From: Octopus sinensis
Lineage: Eukaryota
Assembly: GCF_006345805.1 (NCBI RefSeq)
Contig: NC_043011.1
Coordinates: forward strand, 57,610,464 to 57,674,463
Direction of reading: 5' to 3'
Length of the DNA: 64,000 bases
In this document: in pieces, positions 39,672 through 52,730 of the stretch
Numbering within the stretch: the first letter of the stretch is position 1
Layout: the number at the start of each line of letters is the position of its first letter
Program-made: the position numbers and the translations under genes
Notes under the pieces: model-generated
What the model saw: only the letters and a program-made list of their open reading frames with translations
The model's database searches: none
Told to the model about the DNA's origin: nothing

Positions 39672-40088
39672 ATAGGCGCAGGAGTGGCTGTGTGGTAAGT
39701 AGCTTGCTAACCAATCACATGGTTCCGGGTTCAGTCCCACTGCGTGGCACCTTGGGCAAGTGTCTTCTGCTATAGCCCCGGGCCGACCAATGCCTTGTGA
39801 GTGGGTTTGGTAGACGGAAACTGAAAGAAGCCTGTCGTATATATGTATATGTATATATATGTATGTATGTATGTGTGTTTGTGTGTCTGTGTTTGTCCCC
39901 CTAGCATTGCTTGACAACAGATGCTGGTGTGTTTACGTCCCCGTCACTTAGCGGTTCGGCAAAAGAGACCGATAGAATAAGTACTGGGCTTACAAAGAAT
40001 AAGTCCCGGGGTCGATTTGCTCGACTAAAGGCGGTGCTCCAGCATGGCCGCAGTCAAATGACTGAAACAAGTAAAAGAGTAAAAGAGT
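39672..40088 (+). mobile_element. tRNA-derived SINE family A, full length
   Basis: Best-preserved copy; ends in an AAAGAGT tail repeat. Confidence 0.92.
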
Positions 40089-41217
40089 ATATATATATAT
40101 ATATGTATATATTGGACTAATGGGTACGAGTCGATTAGTATGTTGAAGTGTTTGGTAGAGTAGTGGCACAGTTTGGGCTACCTGGTGTCATCTGCAGTCG
40201 GGTTATATTATAGTTGGATCTAATTCAGGTACTCCGAAGTGGTAGTTGAGATAATAATAATAATAATGCCTTACGTAACCAGAAGATGGATTTGGTATTA
40301 ATCTTTATTTGGTACGACGGTCGTTTTGAGACTGTCCCTTGAGGGTGGGGCTCAATTTCAACATGTGTTGCATCCATTTTGTAGTCTGGGTCTCATCAAG
40401 TATATATCCACGCATAAAGTTGTGTCTCGCTAAAGATCCTTAGTTTATTTTTCAAATGTCTTTACTTTGGCGCGCTGAGGTCGGAAATTACTCTGCAGTT
40501 AATAAATTACAGCAATCAATTTACCGGTAAGAGAACATTTTTTAATTTAAAATTAAATAATAAGGGTAGAAATTAATATTAATCAATTAAAACCAGTCGC
40601 TTAGCATATTTAAAAAGAATTCGAAGATTAAAATTTGTGTTACATACAAAATTTAGAGGAATGACCACTAAAGTGGACACTCTATATGCTAAACATAGAC
40701 GTCAAATCATCATTACCACGAAGAATGTGTTCTCAAGAAAAAATCTCAGTAAAATCCAAAATGTAAAAATAAGTACGACAAATGGCGGTGCCCCAGCATG
40801 GCCACAGCTCGTGAGCTGAAACTAGATAAAATAAATAAAATAAAATAAATGAAAATATACGAAATATATAATTACATGATGGGCTTGAAAATAGTCATTT
40901 ATGTATAATTTAAGATATATACGTGAAATATATTCGTCTAAATATACGCAAGTAAAGCCGTCCAGCAGAAAATATGAACAATTTCATTATTTGATTTTTA
41001 AGTCTGCAGAGGAGATTATCTCCCCAAAAACTGACACTGTTTGTCTTTAGAATGTCAAAAACACAAATGAATGTGAAAGAAAAACAACAAACGAACTATA
41101 AAAATACTAGAAACATGTAAATATTTAAGAGAAGAAAAAAGAAAAAGGACAAAAAATTTAAACAACGAAATTACCAGAGCAAACAAATGATTATACTCAG
41201 ACACACAAATACACAAA

Positions 41218-41256
<39 letters not shown>

Positions 41257-41328
41257 TTATATATAAATACATGCATACACACGCATATATATTCAAATTG
41301 TGTGTGTCGGTATATAGTTTCTATGTAT

Positions 41329-41490
41329 GTAGGCGTGTGGTAAGAAGCCTGTTTCCAAACCACTTGGTTCCGGGTTCAGTTCCACTGCCTGTCACCTTGG
41401 GCAAGTGATTTCTGCTATAGCCTGCCTCGCGCCGACCAAAGCCTTATGAATGGATTAGGTAGTCGCAAATTGAATGAAGTCCGTTGTATA
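41329..41490 (+). mobile_element. SINE family A head/body only
   Basis: Diverged match to the 5' half of family A. Confidence 0.75.
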
Positions 41491-41668
41491 TATATATATA
41501 TATATATAAATAATAAATAAATAAAATATAAGCATATATACATATATGTACGTACCTACCTCTACATGTATATATACATGCATATATGGGTACAGGACAC
41601 CCAAAAAAACGTCGAACACAATGAGAAACGAAAACATAAACACAAAACCACATATTTATATATTTATA

Positions 41669-41998
41669 GGCGCATGGCTCAGTGGTTAGAGCGTCGAGCT
41701 TACGATCGTGAGTTTGTGAGCTCGAATCCCGGACCGGGCTGCGTGTTGTGTTCTTGAGCAAGGCACTTTATTTCACGTTGCTCCAGTTCACTCAGCTGTA
41801 GAAATGAGTTGCGACGTCACTGGTGCCAAGCTGTATCGACCTTTGTCTTTCCCTTGGATAACACTGGTGGCGTGGAGAGGGGAGGCCGGTATGCATGGGC
41901 GACTGCTGGTCTTCCATAAACAACCTCGCCCGGACTTGTGTCTAGGAGGGTAACTTTCTAGGTGCAATCCCACGGTCAGCCATGACCGAAGGGGGTCA
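41669..41998 (+). mobile_element. tRNA-derived CORE-like SINE family B
   Basis: tRNA-like head GGCGCATGGCTCAGTGGTTAGAGCG...GCTCGAATCCC, then TTGAGCAAGGCACTT...CACTCAGCTGTAGAAATG (CORE-like). A second copy lies at 54088-54419. Confidence 0.85.
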
Positions 41999-42029
41999 AA
42001 GAAAAAAGAAAGATATTTATGTATATTTG

Positions 42030-42230
42030 TATGTGTCCGTGTTTGTCCACCCCCACCCACCGCTTGACAATCGATGCTGGTGTTTACGTCCCCATAACTT
42101 AGCGGTTCGGCAAAAGACCGATAGGATAAGTACTGGGCTTACAAAGAATAAGTCCTGGGATCGATTTGTTCGACTAAAGGCAATGCTCCAGCATGACCGC
42201 AGTCAAATGACTGAAACGAGTAAAACAATA
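42030..42230 (+). mobile_element. SINE family A 3' half only
   Basis: Matches the family A tail. Confidence 0.8.
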
Positions 42231-42286
42231 CAATAATACATACTTGTGTGTGTGTGTGTTTTTTGTGTATCTATATAGATGCATGT

Positions 42287-42595
42287 GGAGGCGCAATGGC
42301 CTAGTGTTTAGGGCAGCGGACTCGTGGTCGTAGGATCGCGGTTTCGATTCCCAGACCGGGCGTTGTGTGTGTTTATTGAGCGAAAACACCTAAAAAAAGC
42401 TCCACGACGCTCCGGCAGGGGGTGGTGATTCCTGCTGTACTCTTTCACCACTCTTTCTCTCACTCTTTCGTCTGTTCGCCTGCTCGCTTAGCCAGCGGGG
42501 TGGCGTCATTTGAAGGCTAAAACAATGCGAACGCATTGTGACCAGCGATGTGTAGCAACATCTGATGGTCTGGTCGGTCACGTGATCACGTGATA
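42287..42595 (+). mobile_element. tRNA-derived SINE family D (tail type 1)
   Basis: Head GGAGGCGCAATGGCCTAGTG...GGTTTCGATTCCC is shared with 57652-58034; the 3' part differs. Confidence 0.85.
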
Positions 42596-43085
42596 TAGAT
42601 GAATGTATATATGGTTGTATGAATGAAGAAGCTTTAAACTAACATACAATGACAGTGGACTCGGCAGAGTAATTGCACCAGTGATCGGTTATATATCCGT
42701 TTTGATATTTAATGGAGATATCGGGCATTTATCGGACAACGATATAGACGTATACACACGTTTGATAAATGTATGTTTATGCATAATAAATAATAAATGA
42801 ACTATATTTGTTGCCATGTGTATTTCCGTGTGTGTGTGTGCGTATGTGTGATGTTGTTTTTGCCTTAGTATGTGTGAGACGCTTGTTTGCGCTGATCTCT
42901 AAAGCTGTGTGCTGGTGTATGCGTCTGACGATGCAGGAGTGTTTGGGTTTTCAGAAGAGCGTGTCGATGTGCTGGTGTGTACATGTCGCCGTGAATTGTG
43001 CGTATGTATATGTGTTTCCTTGCTTTGGTTTGTGTCTATGCACGTGTGTTTGCGAGAGCGTGTGAACAAGCAAATGTGTGTTTGT

Positions 43086-43136
<51 letters not shown>

Positions 43137-43479
43137 GGGGAATGTAAGTGTGTCTGTTTTTATTATTCATTGGTCCGTCAAACATATGTAAATGAAACAT
43201 GAAAAGACAAGGACGGTGGTCTGTTTCTCCGAACTGTGTAATTATGTGTTCTGTGCAAAATGAATGCATTACAAAGAAGAACAATCTCAAACAAACAAAC
43301 ATACAATCTTGGGAAATAATCACTCACACATATATAAAGCAGAAACAAATATATAAATAACTCACTAATAAACGATATACCGAGAAGAAAACACTGTTCC
43401 GACTAAACAAAAAAGCACAGCAGACACAAATACACATCAAAATATAAACATACAAATAAGTGTTGGGAGAAGAAATTAA

Positions 43480-44370
43480 ATATTTACACATAAAAAATGT
43501 TAACAAAGAAAATATTAACCTAAATACATAAAAATTAACGCAAATAAGAACATTATTATATACAAAGAAAGAAAGAAAAAAAAGGACATTATTTGAATAA
43601 ATATTAATGTAAATATTAACGGAAGAAGAAAATCATTAACATAAAACCAAAATTATTATCATACGAAGGAAAACATTGACATTCAAACGTAAACGTCCTC
43701 ACATGAACGAAACATTAACACACACCTAAGCACTGATCCCAACGTAAACATTGTTACAGGCAGGGACATTAATAGGAAAAGATAAACGCCGACAAACATC
43801 AATATTATCGGGCAAACAGAACATTATCAGGCAGACACAAACATTAAGGTACGTAATAATATTATCACATACAGAAGCATTAATAGGCATCCGTAAACAT
43901 TACCGCGCAAACAAAACATTTAACGTGCATGTATGAATTAACGCCAGCGTTAACGCCATTGCACAAACCAAACATTATACGTAAACATGAGCATTAACAT
44001 ATTCATAAGCATTATCACACGCGTTAACATTGATCCGCCATCATATGCATTAATAGACAAAGAACTCCAACAAACACACTAAACCATTAATTCAAGAAGA
44101 ATGCCATTAAGACATACAACAACCGTCAACACTAATAATATATTATTGCACAAATGTCAACGACGCAGAATTAGAAATATTTACTCAATCAAACATAAAA
44201 TGAACAAAGGACAGCATTGAAGAATGAATATTAAGAGACTCATAAACATTAACAGGCCAGACATTAATACACGGACATAAATATTAAGAACCAGAAATTG
44301 AAGATCAACAGAGATAAACAATAATATTAGACCTAAAGAAAACCATTGACGAACGGACATTAAAATTACA
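43480..44370 (+). repeat. Cryptic degenerate AACATT-motif array
   Basis: Dozens of (A/G)(A/G)(C/T)ATT motifs at spacings mostly near multiples of 6, with strong A/C strand bias. Confidence 0.6.
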
Positions 44371-44590
44371 CAAGCACAGATGAAAACTTTGGCAAATAAG
44401 ACATACAAACAAAATACAAACTCTACCAAATAAACCGTTTCTGATTTTGGCACGACGCTATCGATTTTGAAGGACCCAAGTACATAACTGGTATTTCGCC
44501 AATCTCAGTGGGACGAAGAGCAAAGTTTAGCACGGTGAAATTTGAGAAGAGAAGGAAGAAGACGCACACACACACTCTTATATGTATATA

Positions 44591-44667
<77 letters not shown>

Positions 44668-45365
44668 TATATTGATCAAAACAGTTTGATTCAAATTCAT
44701 TTGTACACTTGAGTTTCAAGCGTGATGCTAGTCGTCAGCCATAACTGGTACTCTGTCGGTTATTTGACCGATTTGCAGCTGAGTGGACAGGAGCAACCCC
44801 CAAAAAAAAAAAATGTTTTGATTAAGTACACAACACACAACAGGTCTGAGAATCGAAACCGTGATCTAACGATCGTGAGTGTAACACACCTAAGCACTCG
44901 GCTACGTAGCTTCACATTTCGATTTACACTTTTTGGAAGTTGCCGATACCTTCGTGGTAAAAATCGTTGCACAAGCATCATTTTACTCGACCCTGTCTCT
45001 CTGTGTGTTTGTGTGTACTTGCGTGTGTGTGTGTGTATGTGTGTGCGTATGTGTATGTGTGTACGTGCGTGTGTGCATGCGTGTGTGTGTGTATATGTGT
45101 GTGCGTATGTGTCTGTGTGCATGCGTGTGTGTGTATATGTGTGTGCGTATGAGTGTGTGTGCATGTGTGTGTGTATATGTGTGTGCGTATGTGTGTGTGT
45201 ACGTTTGTGTGTATGTATGTTTGTGTGTGTATTCGTGTGCGTGTGGTAAATGCACACTCACACACATGCGTAGGTTTTTGCGTGTACGTGTGTACATATA
45301 TAAACTGTTTGCAACCTTCTATATTGATATGTATGAGTGTGTATACACACACACACATATATATG

Positions 45366-45419
<54 letters not shown>

Positions 45420-46258
45420 CATATACACATATTTACTCACATGCATATACACATGCAAATATTATATAGAGAGTGAGAGAGCGAGAACAAAGCAGAAAGA
45501 GAGAGAGAGAGAGAGTGTGAGGGAGGAGAAAGTGTGAGAGAAAAACAAAGAAAAGAAATAAAGAACAGAAACACATTCTAATCCAGATTTTAAAGAGGGA
45601 TTTCAAATTTCTTGTATCAAGGAAAGTCTGTGAATCTGCAATCGGGATCATTTTATTGGCAACATTATATTCTCCATTGCTCTCTTCTGCCAATACCAAA
45701 ATGGCCGATAATCCAATTCCCTTTATTCTTACGGAATATATAACTTTATTTTCATGGCTGTTTTTCGTAATTTCATTTCACCTTCGAGCGTAAGAACCTC
45801 GAGATTTTTATGGGCGCCACAGCCTGCTCTCACAATGTTACTAGCATGACAAACATATTCTGTTAAATATAGTTATTACCCTAATATTCCGAATATGTTA
45901 ATATTTGCTTTAATATATACACACGCGTTTAAAAGCGATGGGAAAAACGTATCTAATATATGTACTTTAATAAAGGGAGCGGAGTTTATTCATTTGTCAA
46001 AAGTGGCCAGGTTCTGTATCCAATAATGTAATGTGTGTGTCATTGTATGAGTGTGTGTATGTATTTATATATATATAAATATATATATGCACGTGTGTAT
46101 GTATGTATATATGCATATATATATTATATATATATATATTATATATATATTATATTCCTTAATATATATAAGTTTGGATATAATCCCTAATATTATATAT
46201 ATATATATATAGATATATATAATATTAGGGATTATATCCAAACTTATATATATTAAGG

Positions 46259-46305
<47 letters not shown>

Positions 46306-46652
46306 TATATACATACATACACACGTGCATATATATATTTATATATATATATAATACATACACACAAAATCCTTCAAAGGTAAATAATCGAAATGTGAAG
46401 CTACGTAGCCGAGGCTTAGGGTGTTACACTCACGATCGTTAGATCACGGTTTCGATTCTCAGACCGGTTGTGTGTTGTGTACTTAATCAAAACACTTTTT
46501 CTTTTGGGGGTGGGGGGGGGGTTCTCCTGTCCACTCAGCTGCAAATCGGTCAAATAACCGACAGAGTACTAGTTATGGCTGACGACTAGCATCACGCTTG
46601 AAACTCAAGTGTACCAATGAATTTGAATCAAACTGTTTTGATCCATATATAT

Positions 46653-46692
<40 letters not shown>

Positions 46693-46943
46693 GCGTACAT
46701 ACATATATGCATATATACATGCAAGAGTGTGTGTGTGCGCGTGTCTCTTAATCCTTCTTCTCTTCTCAAATTTCACCGTGCTAAACTTTGCTCTTCGTCC
46801 CACTGAGATTGGCGAAATACCAGTTATGTACTTGGGTGCCTTCAAAATCGATAGCGTCGTGCCAAAATCAGAAACGGTCTATTTGGTAGAGTTTGTATTT
46901 TGTTTGTATGTCTTATTTGCCAAAGTTTTATCTGTGCTTGTGT
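44368..46943. repeat. Inverted duplication of about 560 bp (44368-44925 vs 46386-46943) ending at a contig edge
   Basis: Directly visible reverse complement; differences are mostly small indels. Confidence 0.9.
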
Positions 46944-47043
46944 NNNNNNNNNNNNNNNNNNNNNNNNNNNNNNNNNNNNNNNNNNNNNNNNNNNNNNNNN
47001 NNNNNNNNNNNNNNNNNNNNNNNNNNNNNNNNNNNNNNNNNNN
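46944..47043. other. Assembly gap (100 N)
   Basis: Run of N. Confidence 1.
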
Positions 47044-47239
47044 TACATACAATCATATATATATATATATTATATATATATATATTATATATATATATAT
47101 ATATATAATATTGCATACATATATTTCATCCTATTGCACCGTTAATCGCTACACATTTTTCTCTCTCTCCATTTGTCTTCTCTCAAACTTGTTGTTCATT
47201 CACCTGTCATAGTTTCTTGTTTCCTATTAATCTGAATTC

Positions 47240-47276
<37 letters not shown>

Positions 47277-47430
47277 ATACATACATACATATATGGACAT
47301 ATATATATATATATATAATGATGTCGTTTCGAGTATGACTCTTCGTCGGAAAAATCCTATACATATATGTATGTATGTGTGTGCGTATCTGTGTGTATAA
47401 TATATATTAAAATATACAGTGTGAGTGTGC

Positions 47431-47489
<59 letters not shown>

Positions 47490-48430
47490 CATTAATAAAA
47501 GATGTGCTGCAATGCACCCGTTCATACTCTGTCCTTCCGAATCTAAGTAAAGTTGAACTGCTACTTCAGTTGGTCGTGTGACAATGCGAAGAGTCTAAAA
47601 GTTTCTGCGTTTATCAGAAATTTGGAAAACGATCATGTCGTGTACCTGACCACCCGTAAGTATTTTTCCGTAAACATTTATAAATAAGATCGAAATAGAT
47701 ATTGAAATAAAACTGAGTAGGGTTTGAGAGAATGATTGAAATAAATAAATAGTAAAATGTATTCTAGTAAAACATATTGAGCTGAAAGTTATTGAAATAT
47801 GAAAGGGAAATGAAAAAATATCAGTGAAATAACTTTTAAGCATTTATAAGAAAGTCGAAATAAATAACTAACGAAATATTTCTTTGAATGGGAAACGAAA
47901 AAAATTATTGAAATAAATTAGAAACTTTTAAAATAAAATGTGCAAGTATTTTGCTGCGTTCTGCTTGCTTATCGGTGAACAATATTGTGATGAGAGTGAA
48001 ACGGGCGGAAGCGGGAGCGACGTGAGCGTGAGTTAAAAAAGTGGAGGAGAGGAAATAGAGGAGGAGAGTATTGCAGTGAATGAGAGGAGGGGAGAAAAGA
48101 GAGGAGAAAGAGAGAGAGAGATCTACGAACATATATGGTGTGCAAAATGGGCAATAAAAGCGTCGTTTTCATTAAAATGTCTTAAAATTGGAAATTTTAA
48201 GACTTTTCTATAATTTCAGATCGTTTCGAGAATTGGTATCTAGTAATATATTCCCGTTATTGATGTTGTGTTGTTGTTGTTGTTGTTGTTGTTGTTGTGT
48301 TGATGTGGTTGTAGTTATTTATTATTATTATTATTATTATATTATTATTATTATTGTTATTGTTATTATTATTATTGTTATTATTATTATTATTATTATT
48401 ATTGTTATTATTATTATTATTAAGACGAGA

Positions 48431-48812
48431 AGATGCTTAGCGGCATTTTATCTGTTTTTTACGTTCTGAGTTCAAACTCCAGCAAGGTGATCTTTGCCTT
48501 TCACCTTTTCGGCATCGATTGAATAAGTACCAGTTACATATTAGGGTCGATGTAATCGACTTACCCATTCCACGCCAAAAATTTCAGGTCTTGTGCCTGT
48601 AGGAGGGATTATTATTATTATTATTATTATTGAAATTGGCGAGTTGGCATTATCGTTAGCACACTGGACAAAATGCTTAGCAGCATTTAATCCGTCTTAA
48701 CGTTCTGAGTTCAAATTCTGCCGAGGTCGACTTTGCCTTTCATGCTTTTGGGATCGATAGCATAAAGCAACGGTTGGGAACTGGTGTCAATGTAATCGAC
48801 TTAACTCTTACC
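48431..48812 (+). mobile_element. Two tandem SINE family C copies separated by (TTA)n
   Basis: Each has TTCTGAGTTCAAA(C/T)TC...CTTTGCCTTTCA...GTCGATGTAATCGACTTA. Confidence 0.75.
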
Positions 48813-49015
48813 CCTTATATATTGAGTATGTACTAATAAATTTGATACGAGCAGGCATGGCTGTGTGGTTAAGGAACTTGCCTTGCAACCGTATAGATTT
48901 GGGTTCAGGCCCACCACACGGTTCCTTCGGTGAGTAACTTCTAGTGTAGCCCTGCACTGATTAATAACTTGCAAGTGAATTTGATAGAGGGAAATTGTGG
49001 GGAATCCTAGCACGC

Positions 49016-49081
<66 letters not shown>

Positions 49082-49083
49082 AA

Positions 49084-49266
49084 AATTTTGGGGGATGTGG
49101 TCAGTCGATTAGATCGACCCAGTACGCAACTGGTACTTAATTTATCGAGCCCGAAAGGCTGAAAGGCAAAGTCGAACTCGGCGGAATTTGAACTCAGAAC
49201 GAAACGGGAGACGAAATACCCTTAAGCTTTCGCCCGGCATGCTAACGCTTCTGCCAGCTCGCCGCC
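49084..49266 (-). mobile_element. SINE family C, full length
   Basis: Minus head GGCGGCGAGCTGGCAGAAG (A-box-like) and GAGTTCAAATTCC (B-box-like). Confidence 0.8.
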
Positions 49267-49837
49267 GTACCTACAATAAATATCATATAAACTATGCACC
49301 TAAGAACGGTAGGAACAAATAGTTGAATGAAGAAGCCATAATATACTGAATGAAGAAATAATTGGTGTTGAAAGAAAATTACTTTTGTTTTTTCTTCTCG
49401 TTTTGGGTTTGAATTCAGTTGATTAAAAGTTCTTTTCGGTGCCCTGCATGAAGTATGTTTTTTAACTGTATAAAAACGCCATTTTATAACCAACGTATTT
49501 TTAGAGGAAGAAAAGAAAGAAAAAACCAATTTAGATTAAAAAAAGATCGAATGATCGAGAAAACACCCCGTTACTGCCTCACCAAGAAATTAAGCAACAG
49601 AGGATTGGGGCGGAAGGAGTAACAGGTTGTGCACCCCATACCAAAGGGTGTCTTCAACTGCACCTCACAGACATGATTGTAAAGGCGTTGCCATTAGAAT
49701 GGCCAGCAATGATCATTGCAAATAACGAGGCTCATTTCTCAAGTATATTTTCCAGCATTTATCTTCGATAAATAACATTCAGACGATGTTACATAACGGA
49801 TGCTTTACGATAGGTTTTTCTTTCACTTTTATTATAG

Positions 49838-50231
49838 ACTAATAGTATCGCCCGGCGTTGCTCGGGTTTGTTTCGACCCTTTAGAATTGGAATTTTTGAA
49901 AAGTAAAAGTTTTGCATTATGTAGTTTGTTGTTCTCTTTAAGTGAACATATTTTTCTGGTTGAAACACACCGAAATATGGCGATACAGCAGTCAAAACAT
50001 GGTAAAAAATAGGGATTTTCATAGAAAAAAAGCACCTTTCTTATATAAATAATTTTTGGTGTTAACATGGTCCGATTTGAATTTTTTGTTCTACGGAATG
50101 AAGAGCAAGCCTTCTTCTATCATACTGTCAATTTTGTTCAACTTGCACCGTAGGGTCTCGGAGGAGATAGTGTTAGTTGAAGGCTACCAAACCTGCCATA
50201 CACAGACAACTTCAGCTTTTTATATATAGAT
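49838..50231 (+). mobile_element. Non-autonomous Helitron/Helentron (HINE/DINE-1-like) element
   Basis: 5' ACTAATAGTATCGCCCGGCGTTGCTCGGG and 3' CAGACAACTTCAGCTTTTTATATATAGAT resemble the termini of that class, as I recall them. Confidence 0.55.
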
Positions 50232-52680
50232 TACGAAAAGAGAATTAAATGTCAGCGAGCTGAATGGTGGCTACTTTGTTTACTGTAGTAAAGCCACAGC
50301 TATGCTGATTTAATCTCTGACCACACTGTTTCATGGAATTCCTGTGCCTGGTCACGTGCGCTCATGTGCCGCGGTCATAAAAAATGAGAGCAAGAGCCGG
50401 AGAATAAATACGTAAATGTCTCAATGGGAAAAAATAAAAGGCAGCCATACGCTGGCTAGAACGTCTCTTTTTATGGATCTGTTCGATCCTGGCTCATCTC
50501 GGATAAGCAAATACTTTTATTTATTGTATAAGTCTGCCCCCTCCCTCCACCCAGTTTGTATTATATACGGTCACCATAAAAAATGATCATGGCATCGGTA
50601 ATTAAGTTATTATCTGTTTCGTGTGAGACGACTGTTGTTATTGCTAGGTCTAACTCATCGTAAAGTCGATACCGCCATGACTGATATCCAATCTACAGTG
50701 GAGAAGGCTAGCCACTGGATTTGGTTAAAAAGAGACGATGAGCGATCGCTAGAAGGATATTGAGCTTTATTTGATAACCAGCTGATCTAGCAAGTGGGGA
50801 CTCATATCCGTGACGGGGGGCGGTACGCATTGATGCCGTCAAGAGGTAGGCCCCGAAACGGCGCGCATTCTCTCCTGATGACCCCATACACTTGCAGGCT
50901 TCCGGTATGCGGAGTTTTTGATTGGTAGCACTTGCATGTGCAAGTTGTTTGCAAGACACCAGTGCTGTGGTGCAGCCTTGTTGCAGGTAAAACACGATAA
51001 TATACCAAATACTTATGATGTCATAAACAATTTCTTCAGTGTAGAAATACTGTAATTAATCGGTAAGAAAAATATAATTTTTTTTATGTCTTTGGTCAGT
51101 AAGTGTTATTTCTTATTCGCTTCTTCCTAGAAATGGAAGCAAATGACTACTTTTCTCTTCAGACTTTGCTTAAAACTGACCTATTTTCCATTACACTTCA
51201 GACAGATTCAGTGTCGAGTTGCTGAAGCAGAAATAGCATTACAGCAAATATTCTGCTCAATACCACAGATTTACTTGTCAGATGCTTGACCTTATCTACG
51301 TGAGCATGGCCCTTAGTGGTTGACGACATGTGCGTTTTTGATCAGAAGCTAGAGTGGGGGGAGGGATTATAACCATGTTTTGAGAGGGATTCTTTGGGGT
51401 TTGAATAAACGTAACAAAAGCAAAGTTTGAAGCTAATATTCGCCATTTTTCATACTCTCTAGGGGTAAGCAAATAGGAAATAACAGTCGCTACCCAAGGA
51501 CTAAATTCGTGTTAAACAGTGTAATCAAATGATATGATCTTCCACCCATGTTCACCTTTCATTCGTCAGTGACTATATTCATTGTATGTATACCACAAGT
51601 GTTATATTCTGTTGTAATTACGTCCTAGTGAAGCCCCCCCCCCCGACTGACTACAATGTAATGTTTTTCTTTCACAATGTTTAAACCTCTATAAATAATA
51701 AATCTAATTCACTGTACTTTCCGTCTACTCAGAAATTCTTCTATTTATAATTAATATGATAAGCCTACCATATCTAATATTAGTTTGTACAAACATAAAA
51801 TGATGAAAATAGCTTAAAGGCATAAAATTGTTACTTTATATGTTTAACTTTGCCTACATAACGTTATCTAATTTCGCGTTGGAATGATGAGGTGTCTGAA
51901 ACTTAAATGGAATTAGCTAACTGTTTCAACGAGGTCCAACTAGCACCACATGATATCCAAACACACGGTGATACTTGGCTATGATTTCTTTCTTCAGCTT
52001 TGAAATTTGTTGAAAGTACGAAGACCATTCTTAATTATTTCTATAATTACATTTCGTTCCAAACTTGACCCTTGGCATCAGAGATGGTAGCACCAGGAAA
52101 GGCGATATGCAAGTGACAGAGAGAAACCATTTCCGACATTGATATATTGTTACTAACAAAAGTAGTTGTGTACACATTCTATTTCACTTTCTGTGCGCAT
52201 GCATGTCAATATATATGTGTGTGTGCATGTGCGTGCAAGAATATGTGTGTGCGTGTATGCAAGAATGTATGTGTGTGTGCAAGGAAATAGGAATGTAAAT
52301 ATTGGAATGCATTTATATATGAATATATTAAATTAAATTCTTCAATAGGTATACGCAAGTCTATCTAAATACATATTCACATATATATATATACACATAC
52401 ACACAAATATTCTTTACACATACTCGACACATACATACACGCACAGAAGCACACACACAAGTGTATAAGTATGTATGTGTATATACATGCCAATATATAT
52501 ACATACATATGTGTGTACACATACACACATACACACAGAGAAACACACATATATATTTACGTTGACACAGAGACACTTACATACACATATACATATATAT
52601 TGCTTATAAATGTGTGAACGTTTGTGCTTGTTATTTAGTATGTACGAAACGCGCATACATACACAATAAACACATCACAT

Positions 52681-52730
<50 letters not shown>

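Noticed and set aside
41669-41740. tRNA gene
   Set aside because: tRNA-like head continues directly into a SINE body present twice in the window; the same applies to the other tRNA-like heads.
43480-44370. CRISPR-like repeat-spacer array
   Set aside because: Eukaryotic context; the motif is only about 6 bp and degenerate, spacing is irregular and there are no cas genes.
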